Notes under the pieces: model-generated
Databases searched by the model: none
What the model was told of the DNA's origin: nothing
Seen by the model: only the letters and a program-made list of their open reading frames with translations
Program-made: the position numbers and the translations under genes
Origin: Octopus sinensis
Taxonomy: Eukaryota
Assembly (NCBI RefSeq): GCF_006345805.1
Contig: NC_043000.1
Coordinates: 3,038,001 to 3,102,000, forward strand
DNA: 64,000 nt
Reading direction: 5' to 3'
Part shown: one piece after another, positions 23,020-36,538 of the stretch
How the letters are laid out: each line of letters begins with the position of its first letter
Numbering within the stretch: position 1 is the stretch's first letter

Positions 23020-23210
23020 TTTTATAGAAGGAGCTTCTACAGGACTAGAACTGTTTCATTCAAATGAAATCATCAGGCTTCCTGATGATTTCATTTGAAT
23101 GAAACAGTTCTAGTCCTGTAGAAGCTCCTTCTATAAAATAAATTAATTTACTCTGCCATGTATTGAGTACCTATTTACTGTGGTTAACCCCGACTCAACC
23201 CGGGACCTAC
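23016..23210 (+). mobile_element. Penelope-like non-autonomous remnant with a perfect 62-bp fold-back
   Basis: 23016-23077 is the exact reverse complement of 23081-23142 (3-nt loop); the right arm contains a hammerhead; flanked by (TA)n. Confidence 0.8.
23077..23125 (+). ncRNA. Minimal type I hammerhead ribozyme
   Basis: Stem I GCTTC/GAAGC; CTGATGA 23082-23088; stem II (U.U)TTC-ATTT-GAA; GAAA 23101-23104; stem III CAG/CTG with a CTAG-containing loop; GUA site after 23120. Confidence 0.75.
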
Positions 23211-23289
23211 ATATATATATATATATACAGACACACACACACATATAGATAGATTGACAGATACATACATACATACATACATACATACA

Positions 23290-23319
<30 letters not shown>

Positions 23320-23320
<1 letters not shown>

Positions 23321-24150
23321 GCAAGAAAAGCAGTAAAATGTGACAACTGAAGCAGACTTTGTGGAGTTGACATTGAAGATATCACCCACATCATAAGTAG
23401 TTGTCTGAAAATGTCATCATGGTATTATCTACCAATGAGACATGATGTTGCAGCTAAAACACTCTATAATGAAATCCATCAGAAGGATAACCCTAAGGAC
23501 AAAGAACGCCAGTATAGTAGATGCCATAGCCACTCATAATAAAAAGGAGTGCTTGTGGAATGTCCCAGTAAAGACTTCAATAAAATGTAAGCACAACAGA
23601 CCTGATATAATGATTTGGGATAGAGAAGAGAAAGTGTGTGCAGTTGTGGAAATTAGCTGCCCGGCAGATGTTAACATAAAGCTGAAGATCAGGAAAAAAG
23701 AGAATACCTACACTGAACTATTGAGAAATCTGCAGTTACTCTATCCAGATTACAAGTTCAGGTTTATACCTGTAATTATTGGGACCCTGGGATATGTAAC
23801 ATACTGCCTAAATACTAATCTTGAGAAATTAGGGTTCTCAAAACTAGAAAGGAGAAAGCTAATTCAAAGACTACAGATCCAATCTCTCACTGAAACTGTA
23901 AAAATCTGTAAAACTTTCCAGAAGTTTATCATTTAAATATATATGAGCATGTCTAGATATGCAACTATATGCATGAGAATACATACACAAAGCAAAACAT
24001 ACAAATCTGCACATATACATACATACATACATACAAACAAAAATACCCTGTTGTTGATGTTGAAATTCCAATGAAGGAACCTTGGATCTAGGTTACAAAC
24101 CGGCTCTTTTGCTATTGGCAAGAAATCTTGAAATGAAACTGAACAATGAC
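23320..24150 (+). mobile_element. R4/Dong-like RLE non-LTR retrotransposon, 5'-truncated, frameshifted
   Basis: SRLCGVDIEDITHIISSC..MRHD (CCHC zinc knuckle with first Cys lost), then LWNVPVKT..KHNRPDIMIWD..EISCPAD.N..K..KENTY..IPVIIGTLG (PD-D/ExK RLE; ORF 23442-23936) and a 3' UTR; (CATA)n on both sides. Confidence 0.85.
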
Positions 24151-24530
24151 ATACACACATGCATACATACATACACACACATATGAATACACACACACAC
24201 ACACACCATACCTGTACATATATAGGAGCGGGAAGTTTTTCTACAACCACATCATCCCAGGTTCAGCTCTATGGTAAAGTACTTTAGACGAGGGCCTTCT
24301 ATTGTAATCTGAGGTTGACCAGTTCCTTTACACCAGTTCCATCCCTACATGTGTATGCATACAGGTATGTGTATATGTGTGTGTGTGTATGTGTATGTGT
24401 GTGCATGTGTGAGTCAGTATGTGTATGCATGAGTGTGTGTGTATGTGTATGTTTCTGTCCTTCTGTCGATGTTGTCTTTATGCTGTGACTCAGTATGGCC
24501 ACACACAAATAACTAAGGCCACTAAAAAAG

Positions 24531-24583
<53 letters not shown>

Positions 24584-25707
24584 ATTTGGGCTTGGGAACA
24601 AGCAAGAACATCCTTCCTGATCAAGTCTACCTTCGACGTTCTACCCTCACCGGCGAACTTAGTCCGGTGGAACATAAAAACAACCAACGAGTGTAGATGC
24701 AGAGAGAAAGCGACGGTTAGACATGTTCTGTCAGGTTGCAGACTAGCACTTGAAAGGTATACATGGCGTCATAATCAAGTCCTCGGCGTCATAAGTGCAG
24801 CACTCAAGGATAAGATCGAGAGGTACAATAGGGGAGAATACCCAAAAGAAAAAGCGCAGGAGAGTATACTTCCACAAGGAGGGAAGAGGTTATAAAACCA
24901 GGCCTACAAGTAAAGTATACGAGATAGACGAAAGATGGAAGGGATACTGGGAGGTGGTCACGGACTTGGAAAGACAAGTAATATTTCCACTAATAAAACA
25001 ACAAAAGACCGGATTTAGTTCTTTGGAACAGAGACCGGAGAATGGGAATTTTACTAGAACTGACAGTACCTTGGGAAGAGAACATCGGCAATGCAGAGGA
25101 ACGAAAGGAGAAGAGGTATGAAAAACTAATCAAAGAATATTATCACCTGGCAGTGGGGGCTAGAGGCTTTATTGAAAAGAAAATGACAACGCTTTTCAAA
25201 AGAAGATTCATTTTTTCTAGCACCGAGCTGTGTAAACTAATAAGGAGAGTACAGGATGCGGTCGAAAAAGCCAGCTTCTATATATGGCTGAAGCGGGAAG
25301 ACCGAAAATAGCTTGAAAGTCATAAACACGCCGACGGGAAATAACATCACTAGGTGAGACAAGCTGACTGACAGGTGACGGTCGTCTAGAAAAAGCGCGG
25401 GCTGAAACTACACACCTTCACTAGTCAGTTAAGGTGAGACAGTGTCACGTGACAACTTGCTGGGACTGCCTGCTGGAGCCTATGCGGCAGGTATTTAAAG
25501 GGAGAAATTTGACAAGACAGTCGAAGAGGCCAGGGAACAGAAGAAAGAAGAAGAAAGAAGACATGCACCCAACACCAGAGCTGAAGACACCTCCGAAAGG
25601 GGGTAGAGGAGTAGGGGCCAAAACCGGATGTGGTTCCTCCTGATGATGTCTTGAGCTAACTGGATCCTATAAAGGAGCTGTTGTGGTAGCAGACCACGAA
25701 ACACAGT
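24584..25707 (+). mobile_element. HERO-like RLE non-LTR retrotransposon, 5'-truncated, frameshifted
   Basis: SFLIKSTFDVLPSPANLVRW..CRC..ATVRHVLSGC..RYTWRHNQVL, then RPDLVLW..LLELTVPWEE..ERKEKRY..VGARGF..EKASFYIWLKR; flanked by (TA)n. Confidence 0.85.
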
Positions 25708-25989
25708 TGTAATTCCTCCTATATATATATATGTATGTATGTATGTATGTGTGTGTATGTCTTTTTACATAGATTACATAGATATATACATACATATATT
25801 ATATTATTATACGTCCACAACTAATGTACATGTATATGTATAAGTGTATATGAATGTGTGTGTGTATGTGTGTGTGTTTGTGTGTGTAAATTATCTGACC
25901 ATCCATACAGCTAAAAGTAGCCTATTATTACCAGCTGACCACTAGAGTGTGACCTTTGAAGTTACTGAACTGCTCTCTCCTTCCCAAAC

Positions 25990-26065
<76 letters not shown>

Positions 26066-26107
26066 GCACGCACGAACGCACACACACACACACAACACAC
26101 ACACACA

Positions 26108-26158
<51 letters not shown>

Positions 26159-26404
26159 GTATTTTATCACTTCAGACCACATCCATAGTCCCACCTCTAC
26201 ATATATACTTATTGGTTCTGTTTTGCAATACTGCAGACAATGATTCTTTGTCTCTCTGACTGACCTTTGACCATCTTTTGGATGAGAGGACAGAGGAAAG
26301 GGGTAAAATGGTTGAAGGTTCACTTTCAGGAACTAGTTGGTGTGGTAGTCAGTAGAATTCTACTGAATGCTACTGTTGTCTTAAAGGGCTCACACTACTA
26401 TATT

Positions 26405-26552
<148 letters not shown>

Positions 26553-26553
26553 A

Positions 26554-26790
26554 AGGTAGTGAGCTGGTAGAATTGTTAGCCCACAGATAAAATGTTTATG
26601 CCAAGTGAAATGCTTATCAGTATTTCATTTGTCTTTACATTCTGAATTCAAATTCTGACAGGGTTGACTTTGCCTTTCATCCTTTAGGGGTAGATAAAAT
26701 AAGTACCAGTTGAGCACAGGGGGTCGATGCAATTGACTAGTCCCCTCCCCCGAAATTTCAGGCCTTGTGCTTATAGTAGAAAGGATTATT
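26554..26790 (+). mobile_element. SINE family B (variant with (TTA)n tail)
   Basis: ggtagtgagctggtagaattgttagc...gaaatttcaggccttgtgcttatagtagaaagg. Confidence 0.85.
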
Positions 26791-26799
26791 ATTATTATC

Positions 26800-26839
<40 letters not shown>

Positions 26840-26841
<2 letters not shown>

Positions 26842-27380
26842 GAGTGAGAGAGCAGTTCATGCCATCAAAGTGACACTGGGGTAAAATATACGAAGCCCAA
26901 TATACCCATCATGACTACCCGTCTGATAAAGGTACACCAGGCACATGCATCACAACCATATGTGCGCGACATGGTGATCTCATATCAAGATTAACAGCAC
27001 ATGACCTTGCAGGTGGGGCTCAGTTAGAATTTTCTTCAGGTTGAGTAGCCCATCCCGCTCAAACGGTCCCTGAATAAGGGTTGTTTAAGGATGTTGAAAA
27101 AACCACCCATGTTTCCAGAGGTGAATTATTCAAACCCCAAGAATCCCTCTCAACACATGGCTATGATGCTCCCCCACTACTTCTGCTCGTGATCAGAGAT
27201 GCACATACCGTCAGCCACTAAGGGACATGCTCAAGGTTAAGGTCAAACAACTGACAAGCAAATCTGTGGTATTGAGCAGAATATTTGCTGTAGCCCATCT
27301 TTTATACCAAGACAAACAATGTACATGATAACACTTCCAATCAGTTAAGATCAGAAGCCATGAGAGCCACTGCCTGGTAC
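26840..27380 (-). mobile_element. Element G, about 540 bp, embedded in (TTA)n
   Basis: High identity to 1441-1915; (TAA)n at both ends; no long ORF and no clear B box. Confidence 0.85.
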
Positions 27381-27455
27381 TTATTATTATTATTATTATT
27401 ATGTTATTATTATTAATTATTATTATTATTGTTGTATTATTATCATTATTATTAC

Positions 27456-27494
<39 letters not shown>

Positions 27495-29512
27495 TACTAC
27501 TACTACTACTACTACTACTACTACACTACTACTACTACTACTACACTACTACTACTACTAGCAGGATCTGTGAATATGCCATGGAATTAATGGTAAACCT
27601 ATCTCGTTATTTTTGAAAACTTTATCCAAAATGCCTGAAAGCATAGCCTGTGTTGTGTCTGTATGGAAAGATAGTCACTCCTCTGCTACTCATTGAAAAG
27701 TGGAATAAATTGGAATACGGTGATTACTTAATGCACTTTATATATACACTTTATATAATTTATGCATAATTTTATAGACTTAATACACAGCAATCATAAA
27801 ATAAATATTCACTCTTTTATTTTTCCATTTCCCCCATAAACAAAAGAAATCTCCTGTACATATGATACAACCTTTACTTAAATTGTATATATCTGCCATG
27901 TAAATAAGCATGAATATTTCCTGGAATTGCACTTGTGTGCATGCATCAATTGATAGGTGATATAAAAAAATTTAGTTCAATAAAAAAAATGCACTTTTCA
28001 CTATCCAATCACCACCACCACCACCACAATCATCATCATCATTTCTTGCCCCCTCTCTTGCCTCTCTATCTCCCCTATCTCTCTTTCTCTCACTCCCCTC
28101 TGTCAATACCTCAAATGTAAGATCTCATCCCATCCAATGATGGAATTAACCTACAAACATTATTTTGGACCATCAAGTCCCCAGAAACAGCTGTTGGATT
28201 TGTATAACTTTTCTTCAATCTCTTTAATTCTTGATATCATTTCTAATCTGTGTAAGTCAGACCTTCTTGTTTGCAAACATACATACATTTTTTGTATTTT
28301 ATGTATTTAATATACTTTGTATATTGGCCTGCCTAATTTACTTGTCCTTACATTTATTTCTCTACTAGCTCAAGTTTAAACCTCTTAAGGACTACTAAGT
28401 GTATTCTGTACAGAGAATATTTGATTCTCATCAATGAATTACACACACACACATGTAGTTTACTGTTTGTCTTTTGTTAAGGTCAACAAGAAAGTATCCA
28501 GTCCAGTGGGAGATAAGTATAATGTAATGAAAGCAGGAGTCATACATGAGCTATTTCAAATTTCATTCTCAGATAGTACACTAATAAGATGAGCTTGGCA
28601 ATTGTTCAGGCCCACAGGATATGGCTACTTCATGAGAAGGCTAAAGAAAAAATGAAGCAGAATTACAAGAAAATCAAGAAAACATTAAGGAAATGAGACA
28701 TAAATGTTACATTCCTGCAATGCACTAACAGGAGTTCAAACCACCCTAGAGCAGTTGTTATGTCCATTATTAGAGGTGTTTTATCAAGAATATCCAGATT
28801 TTTCCACTAAAGAGATTTTCTCCAAAATGTGTAGTACTATAATGCAACTTTTGGTAGGTCTAGATATACTAAAAGAAAAAAATCTGATGCATATCAGATA
28901 AAAGTATTATAAAAATATTTAAGAATAATTGATTGTATTCACAAAGGAATAGATGTACTCAATATAAATAATACTCATATTTTAGCATTCCTTTTCAGCA
29001 ATAAGAATAATGCTAATACAATTAATAGCATTTTTCCAGATTATAAACCTAATAGTATATATAACTGTAGGGATCAATGTAAATGCTCTTTATATAACCA
29101 ATGTTTTAAAAATGAGTTAGTATTTAAATGTTCCTAATAAAGTACATCATTACATAGGTACCATGGCATTTAAATTCAAATTTGGTTTGCATAATCAAAT
29201 GCATTCCTTTAGTAATAAAATAAAAGAACTTAGCACTTCACTAGTTAAACTTCATTAGGATCTCAAAGAAATGAATGTTGGTTATTCAATTTCATGGTCA
29301 ATTACATACTGCACTTCCATGAAAAGTGGTTGGATAGCTGTAGTTTTCACTCTATGGAGGCATTAGAAATTCTTACATGTAAGTCTGGTCTAATTAATAA
29401 GCATAATGAATTTTTAATCCATTGTTCCCACCATTTAAATAAAGCATCCTTTTAGCTTACTTGTTTGAATTAAATTGAGTTCATGACAGCATTCTTTGTA
29501 TTGAGGAGGAGG

Positions 29513-30150
29513 AGACCCCCTTCGGCCATGAATGACCATGGGACTGCACCTAGAAAGTTACCCTCCGAGGCACAAGTCAGGGCAAGATTGTTTGTGGAAG
29601 GCTAGCAGTCGCCCATGCATACCAGCCTCCCCTCTCCACTCCACTGATGTTATCCAAGAGAAAGACAAAGACCAATACAGCTTCGCACCAGTGATATTGC
29701 AACTCATTTCTACAGCTAGGTTAACTGGAACAACGTGAAATAAAGTGTCTTGCTCAAGAACACAACACACAGCCTGGTTTTGTTCCTCCTCGAGCCATGC
29801 CTGGCTCATAAGGGCCAGTTTCCCAGTTTCCTTGGCGTATAGGTTCCCTACCTGAATGGGACGCAGGTGAGCTGCAAGATGCAGGAGGAAAGAGTGAGAG
29901 AAAGTTGTGGCGAAAGAGTCAGCAGAAGTTTGCCATTACCTTCTGTCGGAGCCTCATGGAGCTTAGGTGTGTTTCGCTCATAAACACACACATCGCCCAA
30001 TCTGAGATTTGAACCCACAATCCCTTGACCGTGAGTCCGCTGCTCTAACCACTAGGCCATGTGCCTCCACTTACACAGCCTGGTGTGGAAATCGAACTCA
30101 CAACCTCACAATCATAAGCTCTATGCTCTAACCACTGAGCCATGCGCCTT
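29513..30150 (-). mobile_element. SINE family E with a nested C-head/D-tail SINE (29779-30072)
   Basis: 12-bp TSD acacagcctggt at 29767-29778 and 30073-30084. Confidence 0.85.
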
Positions 30151-30393
30151 ACTCCAGCTTTATCATAGGTGACTCTATATATAATGTTCTCTAAATCTTT
30201 ATACTCCCAGCTTAAATTTTTCCCCGTCTGGCTAATCATTTATTGTTTTTCTAATGAATTTATTTAATTTCAACAGTAAATGGTCTAATAATATCCAGCC
30301 ATAATTATTGTGATGCTGTTACAGATTTATTCTGTACTTTTATTCTAGTTCTATGTCCTTATCTTTTCAAGTCTTATCTTAGTACTAGTGAAG

Positions 30394-30478
<85 letters not shown>

Positions 30479-30563
30479 GCTGTCACATACTAGATGTTAT
30501 GACAGGTTAAAATCAGGAGGACTGACAGCAAGCCTATGTCTCCTTACAACTAAATAGGTGCCT

Positions 30564-31029
30564 AAAGTTTGGAACCCCTATCTTGCTCAGAACATTGACC
30601 TCCTGGAATCTGTCCAGAGACGTGCAACCAAACGCATACCCTCCATCAGACACCTACCATATTCTGAGCGCCTTGTTTCCCTGGGCATGGATTCACTGAA
30701 GCTCCGGCGTCTGGCGACGGACTTGGTAAACACCCACAAAGTTATCAACCACCTCACCAACAACAACACTGAACACCATTTGATCTCCATGTGTCTAACA
30801 CACGTGGACATGCCTACAAAGTCAGAAAACAACACAGCTCCCATGACTTTCGGAAACATTTTTTCATGCTCAGAGTTGCTGAAGCATGGAATAAACTGCC
30901 TGCGTCAGTTGTTGACTGCCATGACACTGCATCCTTTAAGGCCCTCATGCTTTCCGAAATCCGCCGAAACTACACCTGATTATATATACACTTTAGATGA
31001 GTTGTAGTGCACCTGAGCACTGTACACAA

Positions 31030-31060
<31 letters not shown>
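30564..31060 (+). mobile_element. CR1-clade LINE 3' fragment
   Basis: VWNPYLAQNIDLLESVQRRATKRIP..LPYSERL..L..LKLRRL..DL and RGHAYK..FFMLRVAEAWNKLP, then an (ATT)n tail. Confidence 0.9.
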
Positions 31061-31144
31061 AAAGCAATTAGTAAAAATATTGTGCATGCTACCACTGTAC
31101 ATGCTTGTAAGTGATGGTTGTTGTGTGTGTGTGTGTGTGTGAGT

Positions 31145-31525
31145 ATTTTTTTACTTGTTTCAGTCATTGGACTGCAAGCATGTTAGGGTATCACCTTGAA
31201 GAGTTTTCGTTGAAATCAAGTGCAGTGCTTTTTGTTTGTTTTTTTAAAGTCTGGTACTTATTTATCAATCTCTTGTCAAACTGCTAAGTTACAGGGATGT
31301 AAACAAACCAATACTGTTTGTCAATGTTGGTGAGGTGGGGACAAAAACAAAGACACACACACACATATATACAATAGGCTTCTTTCAGTTTCCATCCACC
31401 AAGTCCCCTCACGCTACTTTGGTCAGCCTGGAACTATAACAGAAGACACTTGCTCAAGGTGCTTCAAAGTGAGATTGAACCCAGAGCTATGTCGTTGGGG
31501 AGTAAACTTCTAACCACACGGCTTC
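31145..31525 (-). mobile_element. SINE family A, degenerate
   Basis: Colinear with family A. Confidence 0.8.
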
Positions 31526-31588
31526 ACCTGCACCTCCCTCCCTCTCTCTCTCTCTCTCCCTTTCTCTCTCACACTCTCTCTTTCTCTC

Positions 31589-31640
<52 letters not shown>

Positions 31641-31985
31641 AAGGGTAAAGACCCCCTTTGGTCATGAATGACCATGGGATTGCACCTAGAAAGTTACCCT
31701 CCTAGACACAAGTCCGGGCAAGGTTGTTTATGGAAGACCAGCAGTCGCCCATGCATACCAGCCTCTCCTCTCCACACCACTAATGTTATCCAAGGGAAAG
31801 GCAAAGGGGCCGATACAGCTTGGCACCAGTGACGTCGCAACTCATTTCTACAGCTGAGTGAACTGGAGCAACGTGAAATAAAGTGCCTTGCTCAAGAACA
31901 CAATATGCAGCCCGGTCCGGGATTCGAGCTCACAACCTCACGATCGTAAGCTCGACGCTCTAACCACTGAGCCATGTGCCTTCAC
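31641..31985 (-). mobile_element. SINE family E
   Basis: Full-length copy. Confidence 0.9.
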
Positions 31986-32039
31986 TTATATATATATATG
32001 TATATAAATATATATATATACATACACACACAAACAGGT

Positions 32040-32175
32040 GAGTGCATACAGTGCAAAACAAAGTAGAAAAAATAGTACTTGAATACCAAAGGTAGAGTAA
32101 TATGCTTTTTATTAAAGCTGCAAAATTATCATAGAACTCAGAGTTTCACATTCCCATTTGTTGTACAGTTGTGTA
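32040..32175 (-). mobile_element. Decayed copy of the 10774-11002 Penelope-like family
   Basis: aaaatagtacttgaatacca..ggtagagtaatatgcttt matches 10805-10850; retains gtgaaactctgagt on the - strand, but the core is degraded. Confidence 0.6.
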
Positions 32176-32199
32176 TGTGTGTATATATATATATATGTA

Positions 32200-32520
32200 G
32201 TGAGGGCGCGTGGCTTAGTGGTTAGGGCATTCGGCTCATGATCGTAAGGTTGTGAGTTCGATTCCCGGCGACGCATTGTGTCCTTGAGCAAGACACTTTA
32301 TTTCACGTTGCCGCAGTCCACTCAGCTGGCAAAAATGAGTTGTACTTGTATTTCAAAGAGTCAGCCTTGTCACTCTCTGTGTCACGCTGATTATCCCCGA
32401 GAACTACGTTAAGGGTACACGTGTCTGTGGAATGCTCAGCCATTTGCACGTTAATTTCACGAGCAAGCTGTTCCGTTGATCGTATCAGCTGGGACCCTCG
32501 TCGTCGTAACCGGCGGAGTC
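32200..32520 (+). mobile_element. Chimeric SINE: D/E-type head and CORE-like part with a C-type tail
   Basis: Switches to cagccttgtcactctctgtgtcacgctga after aaaatgagttgtacttgtatttcaaag. Confidence 0.8.
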
Positions 32521-33099
32521 TTACTAAGAAGATATATATGTATATAAATACGTAGACATGCACACATATATACATACATACATACACACACATATATGTA
32601 TGGTGTGTATGTATGCATGAATATATGTATATATAGATTTGGAATTACAAAAAGAAGATTAAAGTGCCTGGTACAAATGGAAAATTTTGAGTGGCAATAA
32701 AATGATGATACTGTAAATTTGAATAAACGTACATATATATATATAGAAGATATGGCTGTGTGGTTAGGGAGCTTGCTTTCTAGCTACATGGTTTCGGGTT
32801 CAGTCCCACTACGTGGCACTTTGGGTAGGTGTCTTTCACTATAGCCCCGAGCTGACCGGAGCTTTGTGATTGAATTCGGTAGGTGGAAGTTACTGCCGTG
32901 TGTGCATATGTGCGTGTAGGTGCTTGTGCCTCTCCCAAAGAGAGAGAGGGATATATATATATATATATATATATACATACAAACATATGCATATGTATAT
33001 ATGAAAGAGAGAGGAGGGGACAAAGAAAAAGGTGAGAGGTAAGTTAAAGAGTGAGAAGTGAACGATGACAATGCTAATGATGACAAAGGAGAAGAAGAG

Positions 33100-33131
<32 letters not shown>

Positions 33132-34025
33132 GCCAGTATGTATGCCTGAGCAAGCTAGGAAGTTGAAGCAATTAAAAAGACATTTCTTTTTCTAAAATTG
33201 ATTCTAACATAAAACATTTCCATTGAAGAATTCTATCCATCCCATCTCCCCCTTTTCAAGCATTATTTCACTTTGTTTTTTTTGTTGTTTTTTTTTGGGG
33301 TTTTTTTTTATATGTGGGAGTGGGTTTCCTGTTCTCCGTTGCCAAACCATTATAGCAGTCACAGCACTGTTTTACCATTCTATCAGCCACACACCTGATT
33401 TCCTATTATAACGCCACAGAATAAAACTAATTATTGCACTACGCTTGTATAGGAAACCTATTGCTTTCAGCTCTGATTGTACACACACCTGCATGAATAC
33501 AGTTACAAGCGTGTGTGTGTGTGTGTGTGTGCGCATACCTGTCTATACAAATGTGTATAAGTACAGTTACAAACATATCTGTTTCTATATATATATATAT
33601 ATATGTGTGTATAAATGCTTATATGTGTATGTATACTTATAAGTGTGTGTGTGTGTGTGTGTGTGTGCATGCTTATGTAAATATGTGTATAAGTACAATT
33701 ACACACACAAACACACATGCACACATACACGTGTATGTATGTTTATATGTATATGGGTATATGTATATGTATACATACATACGTATGTGTGTGAGTGAGT
33801 GTATGTGTGTATGTGTCTGTGTATGTGTGTGTGCGTGTGTGTATGTGTGTGTGTGTGTGCGTGTATGTGTGATGTACTTCTCAGCCACAAACCTTGTGAG
33901 AATTTGTTATCCCTTCATCTGTATCTGTTCCAAATACAATATATATACATACATATATATATATATGTATATATACATATATATATTTATATATATGTAT
34001 GTATAACTATCTGGCTACATATGTA

Positions 34026-34058
<33 letters not shown>

Positions 34059-34927
34059 ATATGTATCTAATTATATATATGTGTAACATATATATATAAT
34101 ATATATATATATATGGTACACATATATAAACACACAGTTATATTTAAAATCTAATACTATTTTCTATGTTTCTTAATTTAATTCATACTTTTTCGTTTCC
34201 TTACTTTCTTTCTGAAATTCTTTCTTTGCACATTTTATTCCCGTTTAACATTAAAGCTGGGGGTGGTTCCAGATTAAGAGGTTTTACCAAAATCCTCTAA
34301 AATTTTTCGTTTTCTTTTGTCTATTTCTTTGTTTAATTTCTTGCGATTCCTCAAGCTCAACTGTTTATAGGTTAAAAAAAATATATGTAAAGAACAGAAA
34401 TCAATGAAATAAAAAAGTATGATTCTCTGCTTGAAAATCAGAAGAAATCAAAGAATGCACCAATCGGTTGGTGCTGGTTGGAGGTGATGGAGGAATAGAT
34501 GTCTGCAGGTAGAATGGCAGCGTGGATGGAGAGAATCAGATATATATGTACTTTTTGTAGAATGGAATTGCCAGTAATGACTGAACGAATAATCATCTCA
34601 GCAGAAAATCTTGGTTTGGCCCAAGTTCTTTGATATTATTTTTGAAATTGGTGATTACTATGAGGAAATATTGTATTTAAATTTGTACCGTTTTCTCGTG
34701 CAAAATTGTTTTCGCTTGTTTTTATGGAGATGAGGAAAAGAACACAAAGAAATGTTTCGAAAGTTTATCTAAAGTTGTTAAACGAGAAGAAATATCTAAT
34801 TACCAAAGAACTCGATAATTTTTTATTTGATTCATGTTTTTATTTTGGTTTTGTTTCCTTGATTTTTTTTTTCCACATTTATTTTTTTTTACTTGAATAT
34901 TGAAAGTACAATGGAAACCAGCCGCCA

Positions 34928-34961
34928 CATCATCATCATCATCACCATCATCATCACCATC

Positions 34962-34993
<32 letters not shown>

Positions 34994-35011
34994 CATCATC
35001 ATCACCATCAC

Positions 35012-35047
<36 letters not shown>

Positions 35048-35048
35048 C

Positions 35049-35101
<53 letters not shown>

Positions 35102-35137
35102 CATCATCATCATTATCATCATCATCACCATCATCAT
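34928..35137. repeat. (CAT)n microsatellite (expanded tail of a - strand F copy at about 35140-35335)
   Basis: Directly visible. Confidence 0.9.
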
Positions 35138-35409
35138 ACAATGATGGTTTCCATGCTTGCATGGGTCAGATGATTCAGAAGGGACTGGTGAGCGACAGGA
35201 CTGCATCACGCTCTGATGTCTTTTTTGGTGTGGTTTCTACAGCTGGGTGCTTTTCCTTATACTAACTACTTTACAGTGTGTACTAAGTACTTTTTACATG
35301 GCACCTGCACCAGTGAGGTCACCTAGTAACTCACAAGACAAGACCTCACAACTAAGAGTGGGGGAGTAAATATCAAGGGAGTGGGGTTTATGCCAGCTGA
35401 ATAGATGTT

Positions 35410-35673
35410 AATGTATGGTAGTTTCCTTCTTCCTTCTTGAGTTATGCCTATTCATAAGGGCCAGTTTCCAAGTTTCTATGGGGTATATATTCCGCACCTG
35501 GATGGGACGCCTGTTTGTCACAGGATTACTCATTTTTGCCAGCTGAGTGGACTGGAGCAACGTGAAATGAAGTGTTTTGCTCAAGAACACAACGCATCGC
35601 CCGGTCCAGGAATTGAAACCACAACTTATGATCATGAGTCCAACATCCTAACCACTAAGCCACATGCTTCCAC
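35410..35673 (-). mobile_element. SINE family D
   Basis: Reverse complement of the 4778-5030 type. Confidence 0.85.
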
Positions 35674-35967
35674 AGTTAAAGTACGATAGTGGGGAGAGGA
35701 ACAGGTGTCTTGATGTAGGGGAGATGTTGGTTGCTCCAGCTGGAAGAAAAGGAGAACGGTGGTGAAAATGTGTCAGGGCATACTCTCAGGTAATAGGAAA
35801 GTCAATAAAGCAAAGTTGTATGGATGGGTAAATATGTTTGTGGGATAAAGAGTGGGAAATGGATACAGGGAGATACCTATCTAGATAACAAAATTCCATA
35901 AAATAAAATAAGTTTGTTTGTTGGAATGTCAACAAATGCATTTCTTATATATTTGAATAAGGGCCCA

Positions 35968-36320
35968 GGAACCAGCCAGCATCCCTGGTCTGGTGGTACG
36001 TAAAAAGCACTATCCGACTCGTGGCCGATGCCAGCGCCGCCTCGACTGGCTTCCGTGCCGGTGGCACATAAAATACACCTATCCGACCATGGCCGTTGCC
36101 AGCCTCGCCTGGCACCTGTGCAGGTGGCACGTAAAAAGCACCCACTACACTCGCAGAGTGGTTGGCGTTAGGAAGGGCATCCAGCTGTAAAAACATTGCC
36201 AGATAAGACTGGAGCCTGGTGCAGCTTTCTGGCTTCCCAGATCCCCAGTCGAACCGTCCAACCCATGCTAGCATGGAGAACGGACGTTAAACGATGATGA
36301 TGATGATGATGATGATGATG
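35968..36320 (+). mobile_element. Element F
   Basis: Two internal units, body and (GAT)n tail. Confidence 0.9.
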
Positions 36321-36538
36321 TGATGATGATGATGGAAGCATTAGAAATAACTCCCTTTCATTACACACAGAACTTATTACATTATTTATTATTTTTCTGA
36401 CACAAACTGGTGCCACATAAAAAGCAGTCATGCTGGTGCTACATAAAAAGCACTTGAGCAGGTGCCACATAGAAAGCAACCATGAGGGTGTATTGTAAAC
36501 AGTACCCATGACTGTACCATGTATGGTGCACTCGTGCA

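Noticed and set aside
28704-28901. Kinase-like peptide IMQLLVGLDILKEKNLMH
   Set aside because: The resemblance to subdomain VIa is superficial. There is no HRD motif, a stop follows, and no other kinase exons were seen; BLASTX would settle it.
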